A stretch of DNA of 64,000 nt from a virus, in the IMG/VR virus record IMGVR_UViG_3300045120_000498, positions 1-64,000 of that record; one strand, written 5' to 3'. Below the pieces are notes generated by a model. The model was not told where the DNA came from and made no database searches. It saw nothing but the letters and a program-made list of their open reading frames with translations. This document shows, piece after piece, positions 41,037 through 51,849 of the stretch. The position numbers were made by a program, and so were the translations under genes. Every line of letters begins with the position of its first letter. Within the stretch, counting starts at the first letter, position 1.

Positions 41037-41094
41037 CCTTTCCGCGGGGGCCGGTCGCTCCCGCACACCGGATCATAACGCACTCCGTGTGTAT
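41037..41094 (-). promoter_or_regulatory. Full expression cassette
   Basis: Palindrome, TATGAT, 7 nt, hairpin, GGAAAGG. Confidence 0.75.
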
Positions 41095-41100
41095 CCCCCC

Positions 41101-41318
41101 AGAAATGCGAACGCCCGGCCGGTAGCTACTCCGGCCGGGCGATGCTGCGTGACGCCTCACCGCCTGCATAGCGGCTATCGCCCGTCTTCGACCACCGCCG
41201 CCCATTCCGAGCGAACGCGCCGCTCTCACCGTGTGCACCAGGTGAGCACATCGACGAAGGAACCTCCACGAGTCAGCCACTCGGACTGGCGGGGGTCGAA
41301 CCCACTCCCACGTCGCGC
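41101..41318 (-). ncRNA. Candidate tRNA-like (circularly permuted) structured RNA
   Basis: Own promoter (TATTCT at 41325-41330), no plausible ORF, T-arm GTGGG-TTCGACC-CCCGC, acceptor-like pairing CCAGTCCGA/TCGGAATGG, 5'/3' closing stem, 11-bp terminator hairpin 41112-41141. Confidence 0.5.
41112..41141 (-). terminator. 11-bp hairpin followed by TTCGCATTTCT
   Basis: CGCCCGGCCGG-N8-CCGGCCGGGCG closing the candidate ncRNA. Confidence 0.6.
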
Positions 41319-41324
41319 ACCCAG

Positions 41325-41347
41325 AGAATAGCACACTTTGTGTGTAT
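41325..41347 (-). promoter_or_regulatory. Operator/promoter of the candidate ncRNA
   Basis: ATACACAC-aaa-GTGTGC-TATTCT, with no SD or ORF downstream. Confidence 0.75.
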
Positions 41348-41422
41348 CGCGCCGGTTACGCGGCGGCCCCCGGCGACTGCGAGGAAACCGGGGGCCGCAC
41401 ATGCGTCGTCGATGGGACGGTT

Positions 41423-41848
41423 CTAGGCCGGAGGCTGATCCGCAGGCGCGCCGCCCGCGCCGGGATCGGCCGGAGCAGCGCCGCCGCCCTGCGCGTCGGA
41501 CACCGCAGCCTGCATGTCCACTGCCGCCTGCGACAGCGACTCGGCCACGGCCGTGATCTTCTCGGCCGCCGCGCCCGTGTCGGGCGCGCTCCGCACCTCG
41601 TCCGCGAGCGTGCGAAGCTCCTCGACTACGGCCGTCTTCGCGTCCTCCACGACCGACTGGGTGGCCGCCTGAAGGTCCAGGATTGCCTGATCAAGGTCCG
41701 CCATCTTCCGCTCCATCCTCTCCGCCCATGCGGGCTGTTGCTCAGTGGCAGCCGCCGCAATCGTCTCCAGCGCCGTCGCGATCCGATCAAGCTCGCGCAC
41801 CGCGACGTGCTCCAGGAAGTGATGCTCTTGCCGCTCTCGCTCGTTCAT
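41423..41848 (-). CDS. Coiled-coil hypothetical protein
   Basis: Ala/Glu/Gln-rich heptads; TATGCT just upstream; hairpin 41363-41398 downstream. Confidence 0.6.
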   Translation of the reverse strand: MNERERQEHHFLEHVAVRELDRIATALETIAAAATEQQPAWAERMERKMADLDQAILDLQAATQSVVEDAKTAVVEELRTLADEVRSAPDTGAAAEKITAVAESLSQAAVDMQAAVSDAQGGGAAPADPGAGGAPADQPPA

Positions 41849-41884
41849 CCCCGCGGAGCATAGGCCGAACCGTCCCTCCCTGCG

Positions 41885-43159
41885 TCAAGCGAACAGGCTC
41901 AACTGCTGGAGCCGCTTGGCCGCCAGCTTCAGGTAGTCCGCCTTCAACTCGACGCCCACCGCGTGCCGACCGAGACGCCGCGCCACCAGCGCCGTCGTGC
42001 CGCTCCCCAGGAACGGGTCGAGCACCACGCACGGCCGCACCGGATGCGCGTCGAGCGAGACGCGCGGCCGGTACACCTGCACCGGCGTCACCGTGCCGTC
42101 CGGCTCGTCCACCATCACCGTCTCGAACTCGCCGTTGCACGAGCAGGTCGGCGCCCACCCGACCGTCTCCGTCTCCGTGAACCGCTGGCCGTTGTTCCCA
42201 CCGCCGTAGATACCGGCCCGCTTCGCCTCGTCGTACCGGCCCGGCCGGTAGCGAGGATCAGCCGGGTCAAGCTCGAACCGCTCCACCGACCGCCGCTGCA
42301 CCTCGCGCGCCCACGGCGCGCCGCACACCCCGCAGCAGCCACGCTCCGACGTGCCCGCCTTCACGCACGGCTCCACGAGCTTCTGCGGGAACGTCGCGAA
42401 GTGCGCGCCCGGATAGTTCTCCGTCGGGATCGTCCACACCGACCGCAGGTTCCGACCCGAGCCGTCGAAGCTGCTGCGGCCGCCGCCGCCCCCGGCCTGC
42501 TCGGTGTCGTTCTGGAACGCCGCGCCGTTCACGTACCGCACGTCGCGGAAGTTCGCCGACCGGCCGAACCCCTCGCCCTGCTCGCGCACCGCCTCCGCGT
42601 CGAAGAAATAGCGGCTCGCCTTCGTCAGCAGGAACAGGTACTCGTGCGCCGTCGTCGGTCGGTCCGTCGCCGCCTCCGGCATCGGGTTCGGCTTGTGCCA
42701 GATCACGTCCCGGCGTAGCCACCAGCCGTCGTCCTGGAGCGCCAGCGCCACCCGCCACGGCGCGCCCACCATGTCCTTCACCTTCATCCGCGGCAGCCGC
42801 GGTCGCGTCGGCAGGGCAGCGGCACCGCGATTCCGCGCCTGCTTCGAGGCAGCATTGCTCGGCGCGTCCCGCGAATAGCCGCCGTCGCCGACGTAGCTGT
42901 CGCCCAGGTTCAGCCACACCGTGCCGTCCGCTCGCAACACCCGCCGCACCTCGCGGAACACGTCCACCAGCGCCTCGACGAACTCGGTCGGCGTCGCCTC
43001 CAGGCCGATCTGCCCCGGCTCGCCGTAGTCGCGCAGGCCGAGATACGGCGGACTCGTCACCACGCAGTGCACCGACCCCGCGGGAAGCTCTCGCAACACC
43101 TCCCGCGCCTCGCCGTGGTAGAGACGGACATCGCCGTCATCCAACCACGGCGGCCTCAC
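41885..43159 (-). CDS. DNA amino-methyltransferase (N4C/N6A, beta class)
   Basis: VTSPPY (motif IV) precedes VLDPFLGSGTT (motif I); WHKPNPMPE, HFATFP; GTG start overlaps upstream stop. Confidence 0.9.
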   Translation of the reverse strand: MRPPWLDDGDVRLYHGEAREVLRELPAGSVHCVVTSPPYLGLRDYGEPGQIGLEATPTEFVEALVDVFREVRRVLRADGTVWLNLGDSYVGDGGYSRDAPSNAASKQARNRGAAALPTRPRLPRMKVKDMVGAPWRVALALQDDGWWLRRDVIWHKPNPMPEAATDRPTTAHEYLFLLTKASRYFFDAEAVREQGEGFGRSANFRDVRYVNGAAFQNDTEQAGGGGGRSSFDGSGRNLRSVWTIPTENYPGAHFATFPQKLVEPCVKAGTSERGCCGVCGAPWAREVQRRSVERFELDPADPRYRPGRYDEAKRAGIYGGGNNGQRFTETETVGWAPTCSCNGEFETVMVDEPDGTVTPVQVYRPRVSLDAHPVRPCVVLDPFLGSGTTALVARRLGRHAVGVELKADYLKLAAKRLQQLSLFA

Positions 43160-45972
43160 GTCTCGGCGGCCTCCATCAGCCGCACCGCGTCGCCGGTCAC
43201 GCTCACGACAAGCTGATCGCCCAGCACCCGCGCCGACACCTCTCCTACCCGCTGGCCGTTGCGCACGAGCACCATTCTGCCGAACAGCGAGTTGTCGCGC
43301 CGCACCGCAAACCCGTTCCCCTGCCGCGGGATCGCGGACGCCTCGATGGCGTCGATGGCGTCCAGCAGCGCACGCCGCTCGCGCTTGTCCCACTGCACGT
43401 CGTCAGGCACCTCGGCCGCGTCGATCCGCTCCGTCAGGTAGTCCACCCGGCGGCGGAGAATCGCCGCCGTCCGCTTCGGGCCGATGCTCGCGTCCTTCGC
43501 CATCTCACCCGCCCGATCCGTCGTAGGACTCGACCGACGCCACGTGCGCGGGCGCGATGAACACCGTGCCGGACGCCAGCCCGCGGGCGCGGTACTTCGG
43601 GAACTCGATCAGCGCCACGTCGTAGTCGGCCGAGTTCAGCGTCTCGGCCACCTCGTCAGCCAGGCCGTCCAGCAGCACAGCCTCAGCGATTCCAGCCAGC
43701 CTGACTCGCGTTGCCATCAGCGCCGTGTCCTTTCCGCGCGGGCCTTCTGCTTCGCCTTCGCGCACTGCCGTGCACCGTACCCGAACAGGGCCAGGATCAC
43801 GAGCGCGTTGAAGGTCGCGTTCGCGAGAATCCCGATCACGTCTCCACCTCGATCAGGTCGGTCGTCCGCAGCGTGCAGGAACCCCAGCCGACGCCCAGCT
43901 TCACGCCCCACCCGCCGGGCCAGCCGAAGTGCTCGTCGTGCTCGCCCTCGACCACCTCGCGCAGCCGGTGAAACGCCGTGCCGTCCGGCATCCGCGCCTT
44001 CATGCCGACCGTCGCGCAGACGGCCGGGATCGTTTCCGTCGCCATCAGACCAGCCCGCCGACTGTCTCGATCCGCCAGGCCAGCGCGTAGGCGTACAACG
44101 CCGCCTGCCCCGCGCTGTAGAACTGCACCACGTTCTCGGTCTGCGGCGCCGATACCTCGTAGACCGTGTTGCCGTGATCGGCCACCGACACGCCGCCGAT
44201 CACGACGTGCACGTCCACGCTCTCGATGGAGACGTGCATCGACGCCTTGACGGCCTCCAGCGCGTCCGCTAGCGCGTCGATCTGCTCGTTGTCCATCGTC
44301 ATCCTCACGACCGCCCCGCATCGCTCGGGCGGAAGTCGTCCGGATGCTCGTCCGCGTCCTCGTTGACCGCGGCCCACATCGCGCGCTCCGACGCCTTGTC
44401 CTCGTCCTCGGCCATCTTCTTCTCGCTCCAGGCCCGCTCCGACGGACGACGCAGGAACGCCCTTGCCGCGTCCTCAGCCCGCTTCAGCGCCACGCCGCGA
44501 TACGCAATCGCGCGCTCGATCTTTTCACGGTTCATGCCGTCTCCTTTCCGCGAGCACCGCTCGCACGTCGAACAATAGCACCCATCGTGTGTATCAGCGA
44601 GTCGGGGTCGCCTTCCGCACGAACCGCATGTCCAGGCACACCTCCCGCGTCCCGCCCTCCGGCGGGTCGTACTGCACCCGCCACAACGCAGAGCCGTCAC
44701 GCGGCGGCGGAGGCGCCGCCACGGCCACGAACGACCACACCGGCGCCAGCGGCACGAACACCGAGTGCCGCGTCGGCGGCAGCCGATCCTCCAGCAGCAC
44801 CTCCCGCGGCACGAACCACACCGTGATCCGGTAGGCACGCGCCATCCGGGGAGCCTACTCGTCCGGGTTCAGGCTCGGCGTGACGCTCATCGAGCCGCCC
44901 ACGTGCAGCGAGTACGTCGCACCGCCGAACGGGCCGTTCGGCCACCCCGCATCGCGCGCCGCGACGAACTCGGCCTCCGATATCGCCGTCAGCACGCCCG
45001 GCGCGAGCGCGCCCAGCGCCATGTCCTCGCCCGCCGAGAACACGTGCATCAGCACGTAGCCCCCCGTCTTCAGGTCGTTCGCGTGCTGGCGCTCCAGCGG
45101 GTCCGAAACCTGCTCCGGATCGACCACCTCGTAGTAGACCCGGCCGTGCCCCTCGATGTCGCGGTAGCCGAACCGCATGTTCTCGTCAGCCATCGTCCAC
45201 CTCGTTGAAGATGTCGCCGGATTCCTCCGTCGCGCAGTCCAGCCACGCCACGAACTTCCGGTCGCGCGTCACCGAGATGTTGCCAGTCCGGTTCCCGGTC
45301 AACTCGTCGTCCGGCCGCAGCCGCCCGTCCGCCACCATCTGAAGCAGGTCGCTCACCGTCACCACGTTCTCCGATCCGGGAGCCGCCGCACCCACCGATT
45401 CCAGGCCCGTTGCCACGACGGATGTAGGTAGCCACGCAGCCACGGCCTCCGCCGCCGGGCCTCGTTCAGCCACACCGGCTCCGGCTGCTCAACCGGGCCG
45501 CCGAAGCCCTTCTCCAGCAGCGACTTCGGCATCGGCTTCGACTTCGGCATCGGCTTCGCAGGCGCCCGCGGAACCCCCGCGTACGGATTGAGCGCCATCT
45601 GCGTCTGCCACGCCGTCAGCCGCTTGCGCTCGCGCACCGCCACCCGCCACCGCACCAGCGCCACCGTACCGTCGAAGCACAGCGCGCCGACCACCAGCAG
45701 CAGACACGCCGCCGCCACCAGGCAGTACCACGCGCCGACCAGCATCAGCCGCATCACCGGGAACATCGCGACCAGCACGATGAACGCCAGGAAGATCATG
45801 GCTCGCACCGCCCCCGATGCGTCGGCAACGCCCGCCCAGCGATCAGCGCCCCGCACACCACGCACCAGCGCGGCCGCGGCGCCGAAGCGTCCGTGTGCAC
45901 CTCCATCGCCACCACGAACCCCGGCGGATCAGACGACACCACGACGCCATCCAGCACCTTCGTCGGCTCCAT
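43156..45972 (-). other. Run of about 11 small hypothetical CDSs, two with TM segments (e.g. 43156-43503, 43505-43765, 44305-44535, 44594-44845, 44855-45193, 45186-45473, 45359-45800 approx.)
   Basis: Packed minus-strand ORFs with overlaps; one full cassette at 44543-44594. Confidence 0.5.
44543..44594 (-). promoter_or_regulatory. Full expression cassette
   Basis: TATTGT, 7 nt, covariant hairpin GCGAGC-ggt-GCTCGC, GGAAAGG. Confidence 0.75.
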
Positions 45973-45982
45973 GTCCCGCTCC

Positions 45983-46855
45983 TTACCGCTCTGTGCCCTT
46001 CGGCCCAGTGCTCCATGCCCGCGTCGGGTGATACGTCGCCTGCGGGCAGTGCCCCCACGCGCCCATCCCCGCCGCACGCGCTTTCCGCGCCGACCTGTCC
46101 AGCGTCGCCGCATACCGGCCACGGTCACCGCCGAAGAAGTACGGCGCCGCCGCCCCGTCCAGCACCAGCCGGTGCTGCACCAGCCTGCCGCCCACCGACA
46201 CGTACCGCAGCAGCCTGCCGAACCGATCCACCTTGTCCAGCTTCGGGTCGATGCTCACGACCACCCGCTTGCCCAGCACCAGCCGCCGAAGCTCATCCCG
46301 AGCCGCCAGCCCGAAGCACTCGCCCGGCCGAAGCTCCGGCGTGTCGATCTGCACCAGCCGGATCGTCCGCACCTTGCCGTCCCGGAACCGCGCCTTCAGC
46401 GTGTCGCCGTCGTACGCCGACACGACCGTCACCTTCGCGCTCGTGCCAGCAGACCGGCCCACCGTCCGCCACCGCGCCTTCGCGATCCCGTCGATCCGCA
46501 GCGCCCGCCCCGGCCGGTACGTCAGGTCAACGTCCCGGCCAGCCACGAACGGCCCGCGATCCTGCACCGGCACGACCACGCACCGCGAGCGGACGCAGAC
46601 CTGAATCCGCGTCCCGCACTTCAGCGACTTGTGCGCGACCGCCCACGTCCTCGTGGTCACCCGCCTGCCGTTGCACGCCATCCCGCCGCAAGGCTCCCCA
46701 GCAGCCCCGCACGGCCCGTACGTGCTCGCGATGGTCGTATGCCACGGCCCGGCCGCGTGCGCGTGAGGCGGCCAGATGATGCACATGGCGACCGTCAGCG
46801 GCAGCGCCAGCGCCAGCCGCCGCCCGAGCCGTTGCCAGCGTTCCCTCGGCGTCAT
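45983..46855 (-). CDS. Signal peptide + RlpA-like DPBB domain + thermonuclease (SNase) fusion
   Basis: ASTYG...AVAHKSLKCGTRI...VQDRGPF...DVDL (RlpA/DPBB), then YDGDT...IRLVQIDTPE...DRFGRLLRYV (SNase). Confidence 0.8.
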   Translation of the reverse strand: MTPRERWQRLGRRLALALPLTVAMCIIWPPHAHAAGPWHTTIASTYGPCGAAGEPCGGMACNGRRVTTRTWAVAHKSLKCGTRIQVCVRSRCVVVPVQDRGPFVAGRDVDLTYRPGRALRIDGIAKARWRTVGRSAGTSAKVTVVSAYDGDTLKARFRDGKVRTIRLVQIDTPELRPGECFGLAARDELRRLVLGKRVVVSIDPKLDKVDRFGRLLRYVSVGGRLVQHRLVLDGAAAPYFFGGDRGRYAATLDRSARKARAAGMGAWGHCPQATYHPTRAWSTGPKGTER

Positions 46856-47469
46856 CACAGGCCCGCCTCCTTTTCGTCCCGCGTGAGCACCGCATCCAGT
46901 GCTCGCAACACGCGCTTCAGGCCGCCCTTCAGCGCCGCGTCGCGCCACAGGCCGACGCCGCCGAGCACCGTCTTCAGGCTCGCCTGCACCGCCCGCATCT
47001 CCTCGTGCAGCCGGTCGGCGCGCGGATTCGGGATGTACCGCTCGGTCGGGCCGAACGCCTCGTCGATGGCCTCCATGTCCTCGTCGTCCGGCCGCACCAG
47101 CGGCCCGCGCGCGTCCTCGCGCAGGCGAGCCTCGTCCAACTGCCGCCGCAAGGCCGACAACTCGTCGTCCACGCCCAACTCCGGCCGGTTGTTCAGCAGG
47201 TGCAGCAGCGTCGCCTGCGCCTCGACCAGGTTCAGCGCCGCCTCCAGCGCCATCTCGCCCGCCGTGTACCGATCCGTCGCCACGTGCAGGTCGCGCGACA
47301 ACTGCGCGATGCGATCAGCGGCGTCTTCGGCTAGCCCTGCCCCAATCGGATCGCCTTCCTGCACCCAACTCCACGCTGCATCGCGAAGCTCCTTCTGGAT
47401 GCCGTCGTCGCTCACGCGCACGGCCTCAACCGGCACGTCCAGATTCTCGTCCACAGGCCCCTGAGCCAT
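46855..47469 (-). CDS. Hypothetical coiled-coil protein
   Basis: Starts after a hairpin-SD element at 47477-47501. Confidence 0.55.
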   Translation of the reverse strand: MAQGPVDENLDVPVEAVRVSDDGIQKELRDAAWSWVQEGDPIGAGLAEDAADRIAQLSRDLHVATDRYTAGEMALEAALNLVEAQATLLHLLNNRPELGVDDELSALRRQLDEARLREDARGPLVRPDDEDMEAIDEAFGPTERYIPNPRADRLHEEMRAVQASLKTVLGGVGLWRDAALKGGLKRVLRALDAVLTRDEKEAGL

Positions 47470-47511
47470 CAGGACTCCTTTCCGCCCCCGCAATCGGGGG
47501 CATCACGCCCC

Positions 47512-47988
47512 TCAGAAGGGGATGTCGTCGTCGATCCCGCCCGGCGTACCAGGCGCGCCCGCGTCCCACGGGCCGCCCGGCGCGTCCGGCCGCCGCCCAG
47601 GCGTCGCCACCTCGTGCGGCACCGGCTCGTTCGAGCCGCCGTCCGAGCGCCGTCGCTCGCACGGGATCGCCTTGTCCGCGATCACGTCCAGCGTCGAACG
47701 CCGAGTGCCGTCCGGCGCGTCCCACTGACGGAACCGTAGCTTGCCCTGCACCGCCACCATCGTGCCCTTCGACGAGTTCCGGGCCAGCCACTCGCCCAGC
47801 TTCCCGAACATCGAGCAGTTCACGAACACCGGCCGGTCGATCCACTGATCGGTTTCGCGATCCTTCACCTGCTCGTTCACCGCGATCCCGAAGTCGCACA
47901 CCGACAGCCCGCTCGGCAGCACCTTCAGTTCAGGGTCGCGCGTCATGTTGCCCATCAGGCACACGACGTTCACTGCGAATGCGCTCAA
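47512..47988 (-). CDS. ssb: Single-stranded DNA-binding protein
   Basis: NVVCLMGNMTRDPELK...VAVQGKLRFRQW OB fold; acidic DDDIPF tail; TTG start. Confidence 0.95.
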   Translation of the reverse strand: MSAFAVNVVCLMGNMTRDPELKVLPSGLSVCDFGIAVNEQVKDRETDQWIDRPVFVNCSMFGKLGEWLARNSSKGTMVAVQGKLRFRQWDAPDGTRRSTLDVIADKAIPCERRRSDGGSNEPVPHEVATPGRRPDAPGGPWDAGAPGTPGGIDDDIPF

Positions 47989-48016
47989 CTACCAGCCCTC
48001 GGTCTAGGGTGTCTCG

Positions 48017-48039
48017 ACACTAGCACACACCGTGTGCAT
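48017..48039 (-). promoter_or_regulatory. Operator/promoter of ssb
   Basis: ATGCACAC-ggt-GTGTGC-TAGTGT. Confidence 0.7.
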
Positions 48040-48774
48040 TCAGCCCAGCAGGCTCATCTGATGCTCGGGGTCGGCCCACACGACCTCCGCCGCCATCCGC
48101 CCCATCGAGTCGCGCGAGCCGCGCAGGTGCCGGAACGGCAGCCAGTCCGCCCCGTCCTGCTCGCACACGATCCGCTGGCCCGGCAGCGACCGGCACCACG
48201 CGCCCAACTCGGCGTAGTCCAGCGACGCCGCGCCGCACCCCTTCGCGTACCCCGCGCCCTGCGGCCGGATGTTCCCATTGGGCGACCGCTCGCCGATCAT
48301 GTACGGCGGGTCCACGAACCACGTCGCCTCCGTGCCCTGCGGGACGCACCAGCGCGCCTCGTGGTAGTCGCCGAGCACGACTTCGACCTTCGCCTTCACC
48401 GCCTCCAGCAGCGGCCCCATCTGCCGCAGCATCCCGCGGAAGTAGCTCGCCTGCCGCGCCGTCACCGTCATCGACTTGCACGACGCGATGGCATTCGACG
48501 CCGCGCTGGTCATCACCAGGAAGTCGGTCGTCGTCTCGCCCTCAACCGGGTCAGGGAACGCCCGCAGGTCGTCGGCGCTCATCTGGAGCAGCCGCAGCCA
48601 CGTGTGCACGACCCGCGGGTCCTTCTCGATCAGCACCACGCGCCGCACCGCCCGGCTCCGCACGTGCCGCATCGAGTACGCCGCCGCCCCGGCGAACGGC
48701 TCGATGATCGTGTCGTACGACGGCGGCGGGTACAGGCCCGCCAACCGTCGTTTCGAGCCGTAGTAGTAGAACAC
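48040..48774 (-). CDS. DNA adenine methyltransferase (Dam-like, alpha class)
   Basis: YYGSKRRLA, IIEPFAGAAAY (motif I) preceding FVDPPY (motif IV). Confidence 0.85.
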   Translation of the reverse strand: MFYYYGSKRRLAGLYPPPSYDTIIEPFAGAAAYSMRHVRSRAVRRVVLIEKDPRVVHTWLRLLQMSADDLRAFPDPVEGETTTDFLVMTSAASNAIASCKSMTVTARQASYFRGMLRQMGPLLEAVKAKVEVVLGDYHEARWCVPQGTEATWFVDPPYMIGERSPNGNIRPQGAGYAKGCGAASLDYAELGAWCRSLPGQRIVCEQDGADWLPFRHLRGSRDSMGRMAAEVVWADPEHQMSLLG

Positions 48775-50260
48775 CGGAGAGAGCCTACCCGAGCACCTTC
48801 CGCTGCCGCCGGAGCTTCACGATCAGCCCATCAGCCGCGCGCAGTTCATGCTCTGTCCGGCCGTTCGTCTCGGCCAGCGCCGCGATCTTCCGGCGCAGGT
48901 CGTCGTCCTCGACTCGCAACTCCAGCGTCCGCATCAGCCCGGCCAGCACGTCCGTCAGGTCGGCCAGGTCATCCACGTACCCCAGCAGGTCCTCGCTCGT
49001 GACGACGCCCCAGAACGCCATGTCCTTGTCACTGACGCTCTCGATGTTCGCCGTCGCCCGCATCGTGTTCCGCCGCAACTCCAGCCACAGCCCTCGGTCA
49101 CCCGGCTGCCGCTTCGGCATCTCCGCCAGCCGTCGCCGCACCGAGCCACGCCTGCGCTTGCGCTTCCCACCGGCCTTCGCCTGCCGCGCCGCGCAGTCCG
49201 CGGCCGCCTGCTCGACCTCGCCCATCGGCACGGCCACGTAGATCATCGGCTTGATCCCGTTCGTCGTCGCCTCCGTGTCCCGCCCGGCGTCCCGCAGCAG
49301 ACCGAGCTTCATCAGCTTGCCCAACTCCTTCGTCAGGCCGTCGCCGCGGTTACACGGCGCACGCAGCCGCGGAGCCGTCACCGGCCCCTTCGCAGCCTCA
49401 GCCATGATCGTCCGATACACCTGCGGTAGCCCGGCAAGCAGCGCGTCGTATTCGTCCCTCGTCATCTGCACCTCCAAGTGCAGGCGTGGGGGGCAGCGCA
49501 GGCCGAAGCCCGCGCCGCCCCCCAGGCCGCCCTAACTACTCGCCAGCCTCGGTGGACACGCCCAGCGCAAGCTGGAACGTCTCCCGAGCGTGGGTCGTAG
49601 CGGTCTTGGTCGCGGACTTCACGACGGACTCGGCGTGCGCCGCCAGCGCGGGCTGGCGAACGCCCACCAGGCCCATGTTGCGCGCGAACCGCTTTGCCAG
49701 GTTGTCGAGCTTCTTGTCGAGCGGAGCGATGAAGTCCCGGTCGAGGCACTTCTGATCGCCCGTCACGTAGCAGGCGGGCACCTCGTTCGCGTCGATGGCG
49801 ACGCCGAACTTGACCAGGATCATGCCCTCGGCCAGTTCGCCGACCATCCGCTGCACGGCCGAGTTGTATTCCGGTGACGCCTCGCGCCACACGGCCGCCT
49901 CGATCTTCACGTACGCCGCGTTCTCGACCTCGGACGCCGACTCGCGCGCCTCGCCGGTCGGCTGGACGGACGGCACGACCAGGCACGTCAGCGCGCCCTT
50001 CGTGATCGCCTTCGCCTTGCGGTCGGCGAGCGACGCGGCGACGCAGTTCGTGGCGACGTGCTCCGCGATCCGCGTCCGGAGCTTGCCCTTGTCCAGCACG
50101 CCCTCGTCGGTCAGTAGATCGGCCGCCGCGTACCACTGGCTGACCTGTGCATCGACCTGCTCTTGCAGGTCACTTCTCGTAGCCATTTCCGCGGCCACCC
50201 TTTCCTCAGTCCGCGATCCATCCGGCGCGAGTGCGGCGGAATCGTCGGGGAGCGGGATTC

Positions 50261-50283
50261 ACCGTACCTCACGGCGTGCGTAT
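50261..50283 (-). promoter_or_regulatory. Degenerate operator/promoter
   Basis: ATACGCAC-gcc-GTGAGG-TACGGT; an oppositely oriented operator-like copy lies at 50328-50346. Confidence 0.55.
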
Positions 50284-51808
50284 CCGCAACCCTCGTGGCC
50301 GCTATTTGCGGGATCGGCTGTCACCTGCTACGCACAACGTGCGCTACAGGCGGCCGTACTCGTGGATCGTGTCCCACGCCAGGTACAGCGTCACCACGAA
50401 CGCGCCCAGCGCCCACACCTCCAGCAGCCGATCAAGCGAATGCGGATACGTCAGGCTCGACGCCCACACCGCCAGCGACGACAGCACCAGCGTGATCACG
50501 GCCGCGGCAACCACCCGCCGCCGTGCATACCGGTGCTCATGGATCACCCAGCGCCGCCTTGATCAGTTCCGCCTCCGCATCGAACGACGCCGCCTCGGCC
50601 GCGTCCGTCGCCCATTCCTGCTTCGCCGCGTAGATCGAGTTCACGATCCCCTGCCACGTCTCCCGCGTCGCCGTGATCGCCACCTCGTCCGTCGAGAGCG
50701 GCGGCACGCCGTCGCCGCTCGACCACTGGTACTTGCGCTCGAACACCGACTCCAGGCACGGGTAATACTCGCCCTGCGTCCCGCAGATCACCCAGTAGCC
50801 GACGGTCGCCGTCGCCTCGCCGGTGTCCGTCGGGATCACCAGTACCGTCTCCGGCTCCATCCCCGGCGCCGTCGAACGGTTCACCACGCGGCCGCCGCAC
50901 CACTCGGCGATGGCCTCCCAGTCGGCGTCGTCCGTCAACTGCACGGCCTCCACCTCAGCAGGCTTCGTCACGTAGCGATCCATCGTTCCTCCCGGTGTGT
51001 TGCGAGGCGGAGCCTGGTACGTCGCAGCCTCGGCCGCGGCCCCTCCGGCAGGGAGGCTCGCCCCGCAGTGCCGGAAACCTCAGCGGCGCGCCATCAACTC
51101 GGCCATCGCGGCGTTCCGCGCCAGCGCGTACTTGTCGAACTCGACCTGAATCGCCGCGTGCGTGTCGCGGATGCCCTCGGCCAGCCGGTCGCGCAGACCG
51201 ACCAGCTTCTCGTGCCGCTGACGCTCCAGCGTGGACTTGCCCAGCGTCCGCCAGCCGTCCGTGCCGTGCAGCAGCAGGTCAACCGACTCCAGTTCCGCGG
51301 CCGCCTCGCGCGCGACCGCGAGCAGGTCGGTGATCGCGCCGAGCATGTCCTTCGTGAAGTCCACCCGCTCCTCGGGCATCGTGCCCTCGACGACGCTCAC
51401 GGCGCGTCTCCCTGCTCGTCTCCCGCATCGGGATCGACCGGAGCCACCGGCTCGGCCTCGTCCGAGCGTGGCGTCAGCGAGGCGTACACGTCCCGTCCGT
51501 GCGCGTTCACCTCCAGCACCATGCCCGTCGGCACCTCAGCCGCCGAATCGAGGAAGTCAGCGAACCGCTCCGCCCGGCTCGGATCACGGAACGACCGCAC
51601 CCGCGCCGTCCGCCCCGGCTGAAGCGTCAACGCCCGCACGATGGCCGCAGCCGACCGGCTGTCCGTCGTGCTCGCACCCTGATCGCGCCACTCGAACGAC
51701 GGCGGCAGGTTCTCGATGTCAGCCACCCCGGACCGGTCGCGCGCACGCGGGCGCCGACCACTTCCCGGAGCGGGCGCCTCGGCAGCGCCTCGTCTCGCCA
51801 TACGTGTT

Positions 51809-51849
51809 CCTTTCCTCGGACGCGCAACACTAGCACGCGCCGTGTGTAT
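51809..51849 (-). promoter_or_regulatory. Operator/promoter + GAGGAAAGG SD (no hairpin)
   Basis: ATACACAC-ggc-GCGTGC-TAGTGT. Confidence 0.7.

Larger units (their letters stand above)
4091..47501 (-). promoter_or_regulatory. Stand-alone hairpin-SD elements at 4091-4113, 32295-32317 and 47477-47501
   Basis: GC stem immediately followed by GG(A/G)AAGG, without the upstream operator. Confidence 0.65.

Noticed and set aside
41281-41310. TTCGA T-arm read as a canonical tRNA or tmRNA gene
   Set aside because: No upstream D/anticodon arms, no CCA, no GGGG/G3-U70 alanine acceptor or evident tag frame; kept only as a tRNA-like candidate.
43729-43745. CCTTTCCGCGCGGG resembling the hairpin-SD element
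   Set aside because: SD present but no pairing stem upstream; treated as an ordinary RBS.
769-51830. One-mismatch variants of the 10-mer (GCGCAACAC at 767, 24793, 51822; TTGCAACAC at 37504)
   Set aside because: Not counted, because relaxed matches could arise by chance; needs a PWM scan.
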